DNA from: Mesotaenium endlicherianum
Taxonomy: Eukaryota
Direction: 5' to 3'
DNA: 55,336 nt
NCBI GenBank assembly: GCA_009602735.1
Contig: WELA01001462.1
Coordinates: forward strand, 181,539 to 236,874
A model generated the notes under the pieces. The model was not told the origin of the DNA, searched no databases, and saw nothing but the letters and a program-made list of their open reading frames with translations. How positions within the stretch are numbered: position 1 is the stretch's first letter; each line of letters opens with the position of its first letter. The position numbers and the translations under genes are program-made. Of the stretch, positions 24,917 through 36,577 are shown one piece after another.

Positions 24917-25636
24917 TGAAATGAATCGACTTACCAAATAGGCGATTAACAATTAATAAAGATCTTTATATCAGCAAGTAATCTTTATGGTAATTTTTGT
25001 TAACTGGTTAAACGGCAAAGGACAACACACTAGCAGTGAATAATACTCGTAAGTCAAATGCGAGTAAACTAGCATCAATAATGCAAATCAGTAAACTCAT
25101 ACATAAGCAAGGTTAGAAGACAGTGCGTATCAATGGCTTCTCGCCTTGGATTCAGATCTCTCTCAGTAAGCTGTACAAGAGAGTTGGCCTCGTTTCCGAA
25201 TGCCGAACTCGAGAGCAATGCCTAGCATATGTACATGGAATGAGTTTACTGTTCAACGGTCAGTGCGATGGCACCGCCTACCCGGGAGTTAACCACGTTG
25301 GTAGGACCTCGGTTAACCAAATCCACCGCCATCTCCCATCATCCCGAATAGCCATCCATCATAGGGATGTCATCTGGCCATTCATCTAGCATATCGCACT
25401 TAGATGCATATCAAGGCAGTTCGCTGCTACCGAGTACGGAAGTCAGCTGGCTGTCAAAGAATGGGTCAGCAAGCTGACTTATATGGACTTCAGCCTGCTG
25501 CTTCCTGCTGAGTCATTAAACTGATAATTATGTAAAGTCCAGCAGATTGACTATTAACTAAAGTTCAGCAGGCTGAACTTATTTAACTATTATATTTAAA
25601 TGAATGTTATATCTAATAATATACTGATTCATTACG
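24917..25636 (-). repeat. Copy B3 5' LTR
   Basis: Adjacent to the PBS GCTCCGATACCA (24904-24915). Confidence 0.95.
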
Positions 25637-27232
25637 GGTTGGAAGAAGCAAAGGAGGACTCTGATACATTACTTCACAAGTTGGACAAGGTTGTGAAGAC
25701 TCAGAGCAGCATGGCTGACGGCATGCGGGCACTACAAGCAGGATTTGACAGTATACTGATACAATCCTAGAGTACGAGTTTTTTGCGCTAGGTAAGAACT
25801 CTTGTGTACACAAGAGGCGGGATGGGGTGGGTTGGGGTGGGCTTTACTCTATGTTTCCTCTGTTTAGGTGTTATTTCACATGACAATGTTTCATGCTGCA
25901 TACTTACTTATTGATTATACAGGGATTCTTCACTTGGATGCCAGTTTGGCAGGCAGTCTGCCATTTGCTGAATGTGTTCATATTACTTGTTTTCCAGGTG
26001 CACAGACTAAACCCTGCACCTCCTTAAGACTTGCAGCGTAAGCAACTTCCCCTACTGCAGCTACCCCCAGGTCGACAAGCACCAGTGCCACAGGACATAG
26101 TCCTAGCCCCTCAGGCATGTCTGTGCAAGACATTAAAGTTGACTTTTCGCACAAGAACATCATTGGTTGGGACTTCCACTCCACTTGCTGTGCAATTGAA
26201 CCTAGTAGATTAGGGAAGCGCAAAAAGAGACGGGTGCAAGAAAGCCTTGTAATTAGGGATATACTTTGCCCCTCCTTATTTTGTACATAACCGGTTTACT
26301 ACTAAAACAGGCGCACATTGCATTCCAATAAGGTTAACGCTGTACTTTTGTGGCACTGGAGTAAAGTGTACATCATATTGCTTGTAAGAATGTCGCCTAT
26401 ATGATTCTCGTACTCACTTATTTTATTTTTCTTGAATGTTGATATCATCTTGCCTTCCACACAATACGTCTATGCCCTGTTCTTTGTAGCTTGGAACAGG
26501 TCCTTCACCTTCAATAAGTACGTAATAGAACAAATTGTTTCAACTGCATGACTTTAGATTATAGCAAGTACACTTCATTTGAACGACTTTCTTGCTGGGC
26601 CCTCTGCTTTTGGGCTGACAATTGAGCACATGATGTTGATGCAACATTCTTAGCACTACTGCACAAAAAGTCATTGCTGCGGAACCCCCCCCTGACAGCA
26701 TTGCCTAAATCTTATTCAATCCAAGAGCAGCTCAAGGACCTGTTTGCCCACTGTGGGCCCCAGTCCTACACCATTCGCTAGGATGTTAGTATCGATCGTA
26801 GGTGGCCTTGTATTACAATATATATAAATATAAGATAGAATACAATCAGGCTTTATTGAAGTCGGAAGAGAAGTTAAGAGTAGCAGAGTACTGAGATCCT
26901 GTGCCTTGTACATTTTCCACCTATTTGTATGGAGTGTATTGCTTATTCAAGCAAGGAATAGTAACATGCTGGAAACATAATAGCAATTGGAAGAATATAA
27001 TACAAGCAAGTATACCACTTATGGAGAAACTACTTCATAGTACTTTCTAGCGAAAGTGAGACTATGTTAGAACCTTGTCATATATGCAACAGGATCGCAT
27101 TTAATGGCTGATTTTTGGCCCACGTACATGTCTATATCCACCACAAGGTGTACATTCTTTGGGGTCTATATCCACCCCATTCTGCATTTCTGTCTCCTAT
27201 TTTTACGTAGCAAGAGAGTCTCGCTTTATTAC

Positions 27233-29008
27233 CTAGTTGCCAAATTCACTTGAGTAGCCTACGCATGGTTTATGGCTGCACATTAAGGTACTTAGGCGCG
27301 CCCCAAAATGTGCCCATTTTGCGAGCATAGGCAGAGCTGTACACTTTGCAGTACTCGCCCTCGTAGTTCCTAGCGTCGATAAATTTATCTCTATGCCAGT
27401 TGGGACAGTCACGCACATGATGTAGTGGGCAAAAACTTTCGGCTAGCCAGTGGCTGCAGGTGCAGTAGATGGTGACTGCTGGGTGGCTACGAAGGTCTGC
27501 AAGCCCTTGTATGAACCTCAGCAGTCGACAGTTGGCAACCACCAAAGTCTCCAGTGACTCAGCCCAGGGGCCATTCAAGACCAGAGTTGGGCACTCAGCA
27601 CGACTGTCTGCGTTGTACAGCCAGTCAACATGCAAGTGCTTCATCCGCCGCAAGAATCGCTGGCCAAACAATCGCACCTCCCAAGGTCAAGCAAACAGTG
27701 CTTGCATTGGGAGTAGATTCAAAGAATTCAAAGCCTACACATTGTGCTGTCAGGGAAACTGCCTCCACGCAATTCAAGCAATCTTGAATTCCAAAAATAA
27801 AGTGGCCCCTGAGAGTCAGAGTTCTCAGGGTTTTTGGCAGAGCCAAGGGCAGTGGGGGGCGGGGGTCCTCGCAACCAAAAGGCCTGGCCGCCATTGTACC
27901 TCCAGCGTTGTGAGATTGGTTGTCCTTGCCAGCAACTTTAGCTCCTCGACCAAATCATCCTGCGAGTCACACATCCATGCAGTGGGTTGCGACATTCAAG
28001 AGACATCTCATAGTACAGACGTTTGCAGAATAAAAGCATGTTGCTGCCCTCTACTTGTGCTATGAAGGCGTACATGACAATAGTAAAACACTAAGTTGCA
28101 TACCTCGTTGCATGTAAGAATCAGCTCTTTCATTGCTGACATAGACTGCCAAGTGGCCAACACATCGGATGGCTCGACCCTGGTTGGAGTTACATCCAGA
28201 GCAACAATTGTGGAGCACCTGGTCAGCCACTTGGGTGCAGAAGCCCACGCCCATGTTGCGGAAAAGGCAAGAGCAAAAACTCGCAGGCGTAGTAACTGCA
28301 CGATGATTGGGCTAATCCAAAGCTCACGCCCTACACTTGCCCACCCTAGATCGGAAAGGTCCACTTCCAGCTCTTCTAATGTGTCTGCGGAACCGAACTC
28401 CATCCTCTTGAGGTATGACAGCTCCCTCATGGAGGCAGCATACTCTGCGCAATCCTCAGTATCAGATATGCATGCTTCGTCGTAAACAATATGAGGTGGC
28501 GCATGTTGTTCCTCCTCCTCACAAACTTTGCCACGTGCTGCATGATTACTGCATATTCCTCCACAATGGAAATGAAGGACGTGATCCAGGGGTACCTATT
28601 TCCCAACCTTCCCAGGAGATTGGCACTATCTGTGTCGCACCTCTAGTATATCCAAACATCTGTCACGTTCTTTAGCTTGCCCAGTCCTTGGACAGCTTTC
28701 TCCCACTTGCTATTCACGCAGTAGGAGGCAACCTTCTTGCTGCTGTTGAAAAGCAAAGTGTGCCACCCCTTGCAAACTCTCATTACATCCCTCACGCTGC
28801 TTTTTTCGTATTGCTCTTCGTGGTTTCTCCAATCTAGCACCCGTGCACCTTGAAGCAGAATGTCTTGCATCATCTCTGTGCCTACCTGGGAGATGTGCGT
28901 GCCCTCTTTCTTTTGTCTCTCTTCATTTAGGACGTACTCTTTGTGAGACTTGGTGTGCTCTTTGACCATCTGTGAACTCACCCTCACTGCCACACAAACA
29001 GCACCCAA
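27233..29008 (-). pseudogene. F-box/leucine-rich-repeat-like pseudogene
   Basis: N-terminal ISQVGTEMMQDILL...VMRVCKGWHTLL is F-box-like. It is followed by LxxLxL segments (LEELEV, MKELIL, LRTLTL, LETLVV). Broken by a stop at 28643 and by frameshifts. Confidence 0.6.
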
Positions 29009-29733
29009 TTTCTATAATTTTCCTGCAACTAGTATGCTGTCTTATGTCGCTGGATCAAAGCACACCAGACACAGAAGCAATTAGATGCATTAGAGGGGAG
29101 AAATATGAGACAACGCACCTCCAGCCACTCTTATCCAATTGTGTATCGCGTGCTTCTACTTGGTCAGACATCCTGGCAGGGCTGTAGAAATTGTGAGGGA
29201 AACATTTAAAGACTCTATCCAAACTGAAACTGTCAAAGATTTATTGTTCCATGTTGAAGCTCACCTGATCCATTGTGTGTGCGCGCACGTAGCAGGAGGG
29301 TGTTTTAACTCCAGGTGCAAGTGGATATTCCTCAAATATGGAGGACCTCTTTGAGAATACAGAGTGCATATTATTGTGCTGTATACAAGGATTGCTGAAC
29401 CACAAAGATGAAAGGGTGAAAGTCTTAAATGAAATTGCGTGCAAGACTTTATGACTGACAAGTATTGCTGTCATGATTCTCTCCAAAGGGCCTTCAAATT
29501 GCTTCAAATGAAGTGTCTACCTCAGTTAACCTAGTGTGAACTATTCTTGTTCAACATCATTGAACGTGCCAAGGTGTCTCCGTGGACCGGCTGGTTTGTG
29601 TGTAATCCCCGAATGTGCCCGAATGCCTCTTCGGTAGCCAATGCCGGCGAGACGTTTGCTTTCATCAGGTACAGTTTACAGATTCGCTACAACAACGTGG
29701 ACTGCAACGTCCTCCATCATCTGCCATCGTCGG

Positions 29734-30236
29734 TGTAGTGAAACAGATAGATAAAGTACTTAGTAAAACATAATACTTTATCTATTCAAGACAAGGATCT
29801 TTGAACACAAGTGGTAGCTTCTTGAAAGAGAGATGGCTTCTTGAAAGTTAATATATTTCTGGATTTTGGCAAGTACAAGATTGATTCTGGAATGTCTTTC
29901 TATGTTCTAGCTCTTGTTTATATACTTGCTACATAAGTAATTTCTAGGAAGGTGTATGTTGATGTGTTGGCACCCAACACATCCCAAAACTTGCCACCTC
30001 TTTCTAGAATAATGTACACATGTCCTTTTGACCTAAAAATGGCACATCTGACTTTTGCCACATGGAGTTCTTCTAGGTCTTTCCTCTAACTTCGAAAATG
30101 CCTTGGAAGGTTCAAAGGACATGAACCAAGTTACTAGAGTACCTATTCACACTTGACTCCACACAATACTACTCCAAATATATTTGAAAACATTAAAGTA
30201 TATGCAAACTAATATATAATAAATCAAATCACTACA
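29734..30236 (-). mobile_element. Family A solo LTR with 5-bp TSD GTCGG
   Basis: TGTAGTG...CACTACA flanked by GTCGG (29729-29733 and 30237-30241); no PBS or PPT. Confidence 0.96.
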
Positions 30237-30745
30237 GTCGGCCATCATCCTTCCTTCAAGCAATTCGAAGCCAGCATGTTCAGCTTGTATTATGGCCAAA
30301 GCTGTCTTGAGCTACACCAATGCCGACGCTCCTCGGTACACGATTGACATACTATTCTACAAGCTTACTCATGGCAATGAGCGCAGTCTTGTTCAAGATG
30401 TTTCCATGCGCATTGAAGTATACTAAAGTTGTAAACACCTCATGTGGAACCAATTCCGAGAGCAAAAAGGTAAGCTTTATTCATCTCTTGCTAGCTGTGT
30501 TTATTATAATGTGCATGTTAGTATGCTGTTCAATAACAAACCTCACACTCTGAAAAGCCATGGTTGGCGTTGTGGACCAAAAACTTATGTCCCACAGGTT
30601 GGCTAGAAATAGACTAATCTGCAGGTTAAGCGAAGAAATCCGTATGATAAGGAGTAGGGCTGAGCTTTTTGATCAGCCTTGTTTATCCCGCAACGACAAA
30701 CGTGCAGTCAGGCTATTGGAAGAATTAATAGAACTTATTAGGAGT

Positions 30746-31354
30746 TGATCTGGCATTGCAGTTCTAATGAAACGCTTACATTTAAGGTACTTAACACTAG
30801 CTTTCATGATCTCGTGCTAGGCAGATCCTGGCTCAATAGACACCAAGTTGAAGTGTGTTAAAGCAGAGGTACAATTAAAGTGAGAGGAGCGAGTGATGGG
30901 CAGACTAACTTGGCACCCACCAGTGCTCTTCCTCTTGTCCTGTATGGATGGCAAATGAAGGAAAAGAAGAGGCTTCCAGGAGGATGCAAATTGCTGAATG
31001 CAATGAAGTTCATCGAAAGCTGGAACCAGAAGGAAGACTTAATGTTCTATCTGCTGCTAAGAGAGGTACCTCCTCAACCTGAAGAAGTGGTTGAGAAAAA
31101 GGTGAGCCCTGCGGAGCATCAAACTGCTGCAAAAATTATTGCTTAGTACACTGATGTTTTTAATATGCCTACAGGACTGCCCCCTAAGAGGGAAGTAAAT
31201 CTTAAGATTGAATTACTACCTTGGAGTCAGCCACCTTGGCAACGCACCTACGGCTTGTCATATGTGGAGATCAAAAAGTTGAAAACACAGATTGCAGAGC
31301 AGGAGGAAAATGGTTGTATTTCCTCCAGTAAATCACCTTATGGTGCACCTATCC
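30746..31354 (+). pseudogene. pol: Family B pol fragment (protease C-part to RT start), cut by a family A insertion
   Basis: Translates to [18 protein letters not shown]...[10 protein letters not shown], matching B3 pol. Confidence 0.88.
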
Positions 31355-33187
31355 TGCAGTGAAACAGATAGATAAAGGACTTAGTAGAATATAATTCTTT
31401 ATCTATTCAAGACAAGGATCTTCGAACACAAGTGGCAGTTTCTTTTGAAAGAGATGGCTTCTTGAAAGTCAATATATTTCTGGAATTTGGCAAGTACAAG
31501 AGTGATTCTGGAATGCCTTTCTATGTTCTAGCTCTTGTTTATATACTTGCTACATAAGTAATTCCTAGGAAGGTGCATGTTGATGTGTTGGCACCCAACA
31601 CATCCCAAAACTTGCCACCTCTTTCTAGAATAATGTACACATGTCCTTTTGACCTAAAAATGGCACATTTCACTTTTGCCACATGGAGTTCTTCTAGTTC
31701 CTTCCTTTAACTTCGAAAATGTCTTAGAAAGTTCAAAGGACATGAACCAAGTCACTAGAGTATCTATTCACACTTGAATCCACATAATACTACTCCAAGT
31801 ATATTCAAAAGCATTAAAATAGAACAAAATTACTACATCATAACTCAAATCACTACATCACTCTCCCGACAGAAAAAACGACGTCTCGGCGCATCAAGTC
31901 AGGTCTTACACATGTGGAGCAGACTAGTCAACAGATTCAAGTCAGGTGCCACACATGTAAAGAGGATTAGTCAAAGGCGCCATGTCACGTGCTACACATG
32001 TAAGGTAGACTAGGCAAGGTTGTGGTTGGTGTCACCTTATTGGCTAGCCAACTCCTTGATAATGAGGAAAGTAGTACAAGTTGGCCCAGAATCTGCCACG
32101 GATTCAAAAATCCATAGCGTCCACAGAAATGCTTGAAGTTGAAAATTTCTAATGTCAGATGGAGCGCGTCGGAAAAATCTACCCGGTCACCAATTTTGAG
32201 AGCCTTCCAAGTTCTGGAGTGTCGTTGAGAGCAGAGAGAATAGGTACCCCTCCAAACCTGTGCAGAAACTTCTGAAAATCCTAAGTCCTTCTATTCTTCT
32301 CCAAACTTTGCAAGGTTAGTCTTTAAATGGGTGCAATGAGGCCTTATACCATAGTCTTGAGTTCCAGAGCATTCCAAGTTCAGGGGAGGGCACAATGTCA
32401 GAAGGCATATTCTGCCCTAATAATGCCAGCAAGCCTGACCCCCTTACGTTCAGAGATATTTATCTCTCTAACCACAGCTTCAAATTGAGCAAACTTGGAC
32501 TCTAAAGAACCAGCTACTCTTATACTGCAGCGAGGTAAATTTTAAAATTTATTATGCAGAGACATATCAGCAATAGTAGTTTTAGTTTTCTGTCCAGAAA
32601 CTGCAAGAAGAGAAGAGTGTCTAATGTCAAAATTTCCTCTTTCTTGTTCTTGCAGGCTGCCTCTAAGGGGTCTTTTGCTGCTCCTTGATGGTGGCAGGCT
32701 GCCTCCTTGAAGTCTTTGGGCTTCTAGTAGAGAGACTTGGGGCTGGTCCAAGATGGGGGTTGGCGGCATGGAAGCGCTTCAACTTTCTCTGAACTTTGTC
32801 AAGGTAGTGCGCCGCCACCCAACTATTCTCCGAATCTGGATATCCTTTACACATGATCAAGTATTGCTGCTGTCTCCTGAAATTTCTCATAGCCACTATG
32901 TCTTCCACTACGAACTCCAAATGATCATCCACTATTGTTGGGGCTGGTGGGGTTGTCACTCGTCCTGGGAACTTGTTGTCGGGTTGCACATACGGCTTGA
33001 AGAGAGAAGCGTGGAATACGGGGTCGATGTGCATAGTCTGGGGAAGTTCTATCTTGAAAGCAACGGAGTTGACTTGCTGGATAATTATGAAGGGTCCCAA
33101 ATACTTGGGAGAGAACTTCGTGTCGGCAAATCGTGTTTGTCAAATTGTCCCTTCCAAAATATTCGTGAGAAAGCCAGATCAGTCTCA
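31355..33187 (-). mobile_element. Family A 3' part: integrase C-terminus with chromodomain (32663-33187), 3' UTR, PPT, 3' LTR 31355-31857
   Basis: KYLGPF...PVFHASLFKPY...FVVEDIV...YLIMCKGYPDSENSW; PPT GGGAGAGTGA next to the LTR. Confidence 0.88.
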
Positions 33188-33189
33188 TT

Positions 33190-33749
33190 TGACGTGACGG
33201 GCCGATTTGACGTCCACATGCATGCATCGAAATATCTAGAACATACTAACTTAGACGCGCTAGGCTAATCCGAAACTTCTAAGTAAATCGACCTAGTCGG
33301 CACTCTGCGTCAGCCAAACTTACGTGAAGGTTCAAATTCACTTTAACGGCCCAGATCGCTCGACGCTGTTGGTCAATCCGACGGTCGCCCTCACCGCGAA
33401 TTAAGGACAGTCGTGAACCGACCTCAAAATTAATCAAACTTTGGAAATCCATAACTCTTTCAATACTTAACCAAGTTCGATGAACTTTATATCAAAATGA
33501 CAACAAAAATACACTCAACACTTCTACGTAATCAAAATATACTTTCAGGGAACTCAAAAATGCACTATATAAACCTATGATCTTACATCATCCCTCTCCT
33601 CAAGATGCAACGTCCTCGACGCATTCTGCAGATAACGTCTCAACTTACTCTTACAATGAGTCAAGTTGGCCTCTGGCTCCCAAGTGTTGTCGTCCGCATG
33701 GTAGCCTTTCCACTTGACCAGATACTCTTGAACAAGTCGTTGACCTCGT
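33190..33749 (-). mobile_element. Family D 3' end: chromodomain, PPT and LTR (right end 33587; left end approximate)
   Basis: Minus-strand translation QEYLVKWKGYHADDNTWEPEANL, then PPT GAGGAGAGGGATGA followed by TGTAAGA. Confidence 0.8.
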
Positions 33750-36577
33750 TTGTCTCGCTGTTTCGAGCGCAGTTACTTTGACAGTTGTGGGGATGTAAAT
33801 GACCATTTTTGTCATTTTATCCACGACTACCAGTATCGAATCATGCCCATTAGCAGTTCGTGGTAGTGTGACCACCCAGTCCATGGATATAGTTTCCCAG
33901 CGGCCCGCTGGGATGGGCAGCGGTTGCAAGAGACCTCCCGGGGGTGTGTGCCTAGACTTATTTCTTTGACACAGGACTTCACATATTTCAAGACCTCCCG
34001 AAGCAACCCCTCCCAATGATAATGTTTTGCCAGTTTGCCAACAGTTTTGGCCTGCCCCAAATGCTCACCCAGTAAACTGTCATGTGCTTGACTCAATAAA
34101 AGAGACCTTATTAGGAATGACCAGCTTCAGCCTGCCTGAAGTGGTTTCAGTCACCCAGGCCCCTCCATTCAGTTTATACCCGAGTGCAGTAGCACGACGC
34201 ACACCAGTAGTGGGGCTGGGCTCAAATGTTGGGTCAGAAAGGTAAGCTTTCCTAAGTTGTTTAAGGAAGGACCTTTTCACCTTTAGTGAAGTGAGTGCAC
34301 ACAGGAATTATCTACAGCATGCTGATCAAAGTTCCTTTCTCGCAAGTCAAGTCTTTCAGAGAGTGCATCAGCAGGATTCAACTTCCCTGGTTTGTAGTCG
34401 ATCTGGACTTGGAACTGCTCCAGCATCTGGCTCCAGCGGTTCTTCCTCCTCGACAGCTTGGACTTCTTCTGAAAGTGGGTCAGAGCTAGATGATCTGTAA
34501 TCACCTTAAAAGCTTTACCATGTAAGTATGCTCTCCACTGTTTGAGCACATGAATGATAGCTAGCAGCTCTTTATCATGCACTGAGTAATTAATCTCCGC
34601 TGGATTAAATTTCATAGACTCATACAACACAGGATGCCACTCCTGCCGTACCTTACCATCCTTTGTGGGTTTGTCAGCAGGCTGCAACAAAATAGCACCC
34701 ATGGCAAAGTCAGAGGCATCAGTAATCACCTGCACAGGTTTGCTGGGGTCATACACGGCTAGCACTGGGGCAGAACAAAGGGCATCTTTAAGGGTCTGGA
34801 AGGCAGCCTGCTGCTCTTCCCCCCACACATACCCTTTGTCTTTCTTGGTAAGGTCAGTCAGTTTACTGGCCTTTGTAGAGTAATTCTCAATAAATCTCCT
34901 ATAGTAATTAGCCAACCCGAGAAAGGATCTAACTTCAGAGACAGATTGTGGTACTGGCAAGTCCCTTATGGTCTGGACTTTCTTAGGTTCAACACTGACG
35001 CCGTCTTTACTGACAACGTGGCCTAAGAATTCAATACTTTCTTCAAATAAATCACACTTGCTCATTTTAGCATATAAGTGATAATTTTTCAGAGTGTCCA
35101 GCACTGTCTTTAAGTGTTTAGTGCGCTGAGCTTCATATTTAGAGAAAATTAAAATATCATCCAGGAAAACTTGCACAAACTTATCCAAATAAGGTCTGAA
35201 AATGTCATTCATAGCACCCATGAAGGTTGCAGGAGCATTAGTCAGTCCAAATGGCATCACGTTGAACTCATAGTGTCCATAACGTGTGCGGAAGGCAGTC
35301 TTGTGTTCATCCCCCTCAGCAATTCTGATTTGATGATAACCACTCTTGAGATCTATCTTACTGAACACCTTAGCACCAGAGAAGGTATCAAGCAAGTCCC
35401 CGATTTTGGGTAAGGCATACTTGTTCTTTACTATAATTCTGTTCAGAGCTCTGTAATCCACACACATCCGCATACTGCCATCCTTTTTCTTAAGAAATAG
35501 GATGGGTGCGCCGTAAGGTGATTTACAGGGGGAAATGTAACCATTTTCCTCAAGCTCTGCAATCTGTGTTTTCAATGCCTCGCTCTCCACATAAGACAAG
35601 CCATAAGTGCGCTGCCAAGGCGGCTGACTACCAGGTAATAAATCAATCCGATGATCTACTTCCCTCTTAGGGGGTAGTCCTGGAGGCATATCAAATACAT
35701 CCGTGTACTGAGCAACGATTTTTGCAGCAGTAGGGTGCTCCGGAGAGCTTACCTTTTTCTCCACCACTTCTTCAGGTTGAGGAGGTACCTCTCTTAGCAG
35801 CAGACAGAACATTCTGTCGTCCTTCTGATTCCAGCTTTTGACGAACTTCATTGCATTCAGCAACTTGCATCCTTCTGGAAGCCTCTTCTTTTCCTTCATT
35901 TGCCATCCACACAAGACAAGAGGAAGAGCATTTGTGGGTGCCAAGTTAGTCTGCCCATCACTGGTTCCTCTCACTTTAACTGTACCTCTGCTCCAACACA
36001 CTTCAGCTTGATGTCTATTAAGCCAGGGCCTGCCTAGCACGAGATCATAAAAGCCAGTGTTGAGTACCTAAAATGTAAGCGTTTCATTTAGAATTGCAAT
36101 GCTAGAACCTAACTGGACCTCAATAGGCTTGGTTATAACTCCTCCCGGGATACTTGAGGCATCTCCAAGGAATATTTTTCTATTGCCTTGCGTGACAGTA
36201 GGCAACCTTAGTCGCTTAACTAAGTCCTTGTGAATAAAAGTATGTGACGCCCCTCCGTCAACAAATGCCCTCACCTTCCTACCTGCAATCATGCAATGCA
36301 GTAGGATAGGGGGGACTGTCTTTTCCTGACTTTCGCATTGTTCTCCTGACGTAGCAAAGAAATGTTGGACATCAGGTGGAACAAGAGCATCCAGAGTGTG
36401 CACTCTCTGGACGTCTATATTACTGATGGTCTCCTTTATCTGTTTGTCAGGCATGCATAGTGAATCCAGTTCAGCAGGACCCATAATACCTGCTACGAGG
36501 GCAGCTAGTGACGACTCACTATCTCTAGCATCCTCACAGTCAGTAGACTGGATTACTGACTGTTGCTGTCTTTTAAA
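33750..36577 (-). pseudogene. pol: Copy B2 pol, 5' part
   Basis: ORFs 36068-36484, 34283-36040 (RT-RH, 585 aa) and integrase pieces. Confidence 0.93.

Larger units (their letters stand above)
16712..25636 (-). mobile_element. Full-length (8.9 kb) but mutated family B chromovirus, copy B3: LTR-PBS-gag-(-1 frameshift)-pol-ORF3-PPT-LTR, TSD GGTTG
   Basis: LTRs 16712-17429 and 24917-25636; GGTTG at 16707-16711 and 25637-25641; PBS 24904-24915; PPT next to 17430. Confidence 0.96.

Noticed and set aside
25134..25158. ATGGCTTCTCGCCTTGGATTCAGATC resembles the U2 snRNA 5' end
   Set aside because: Needs several gaps, and the branch-recognition GTAGTA and Sm site are absent.
26570..29516. 14-bp inverted match ACACTTCATTTGAA / TTCAAATGAAGTGT around the F-box pseudogene
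   Set aside because: No TSD seen, and one AT-rich 14-mer match over kilobases is plausible by chance.
1689..31857. Pairing the family A LTRs at 1689 and 31355 as one element
   Set aside because: Wrong order for one element, flanks differ (ATTTT vs TATCC), and the sequences are visibly diverged.
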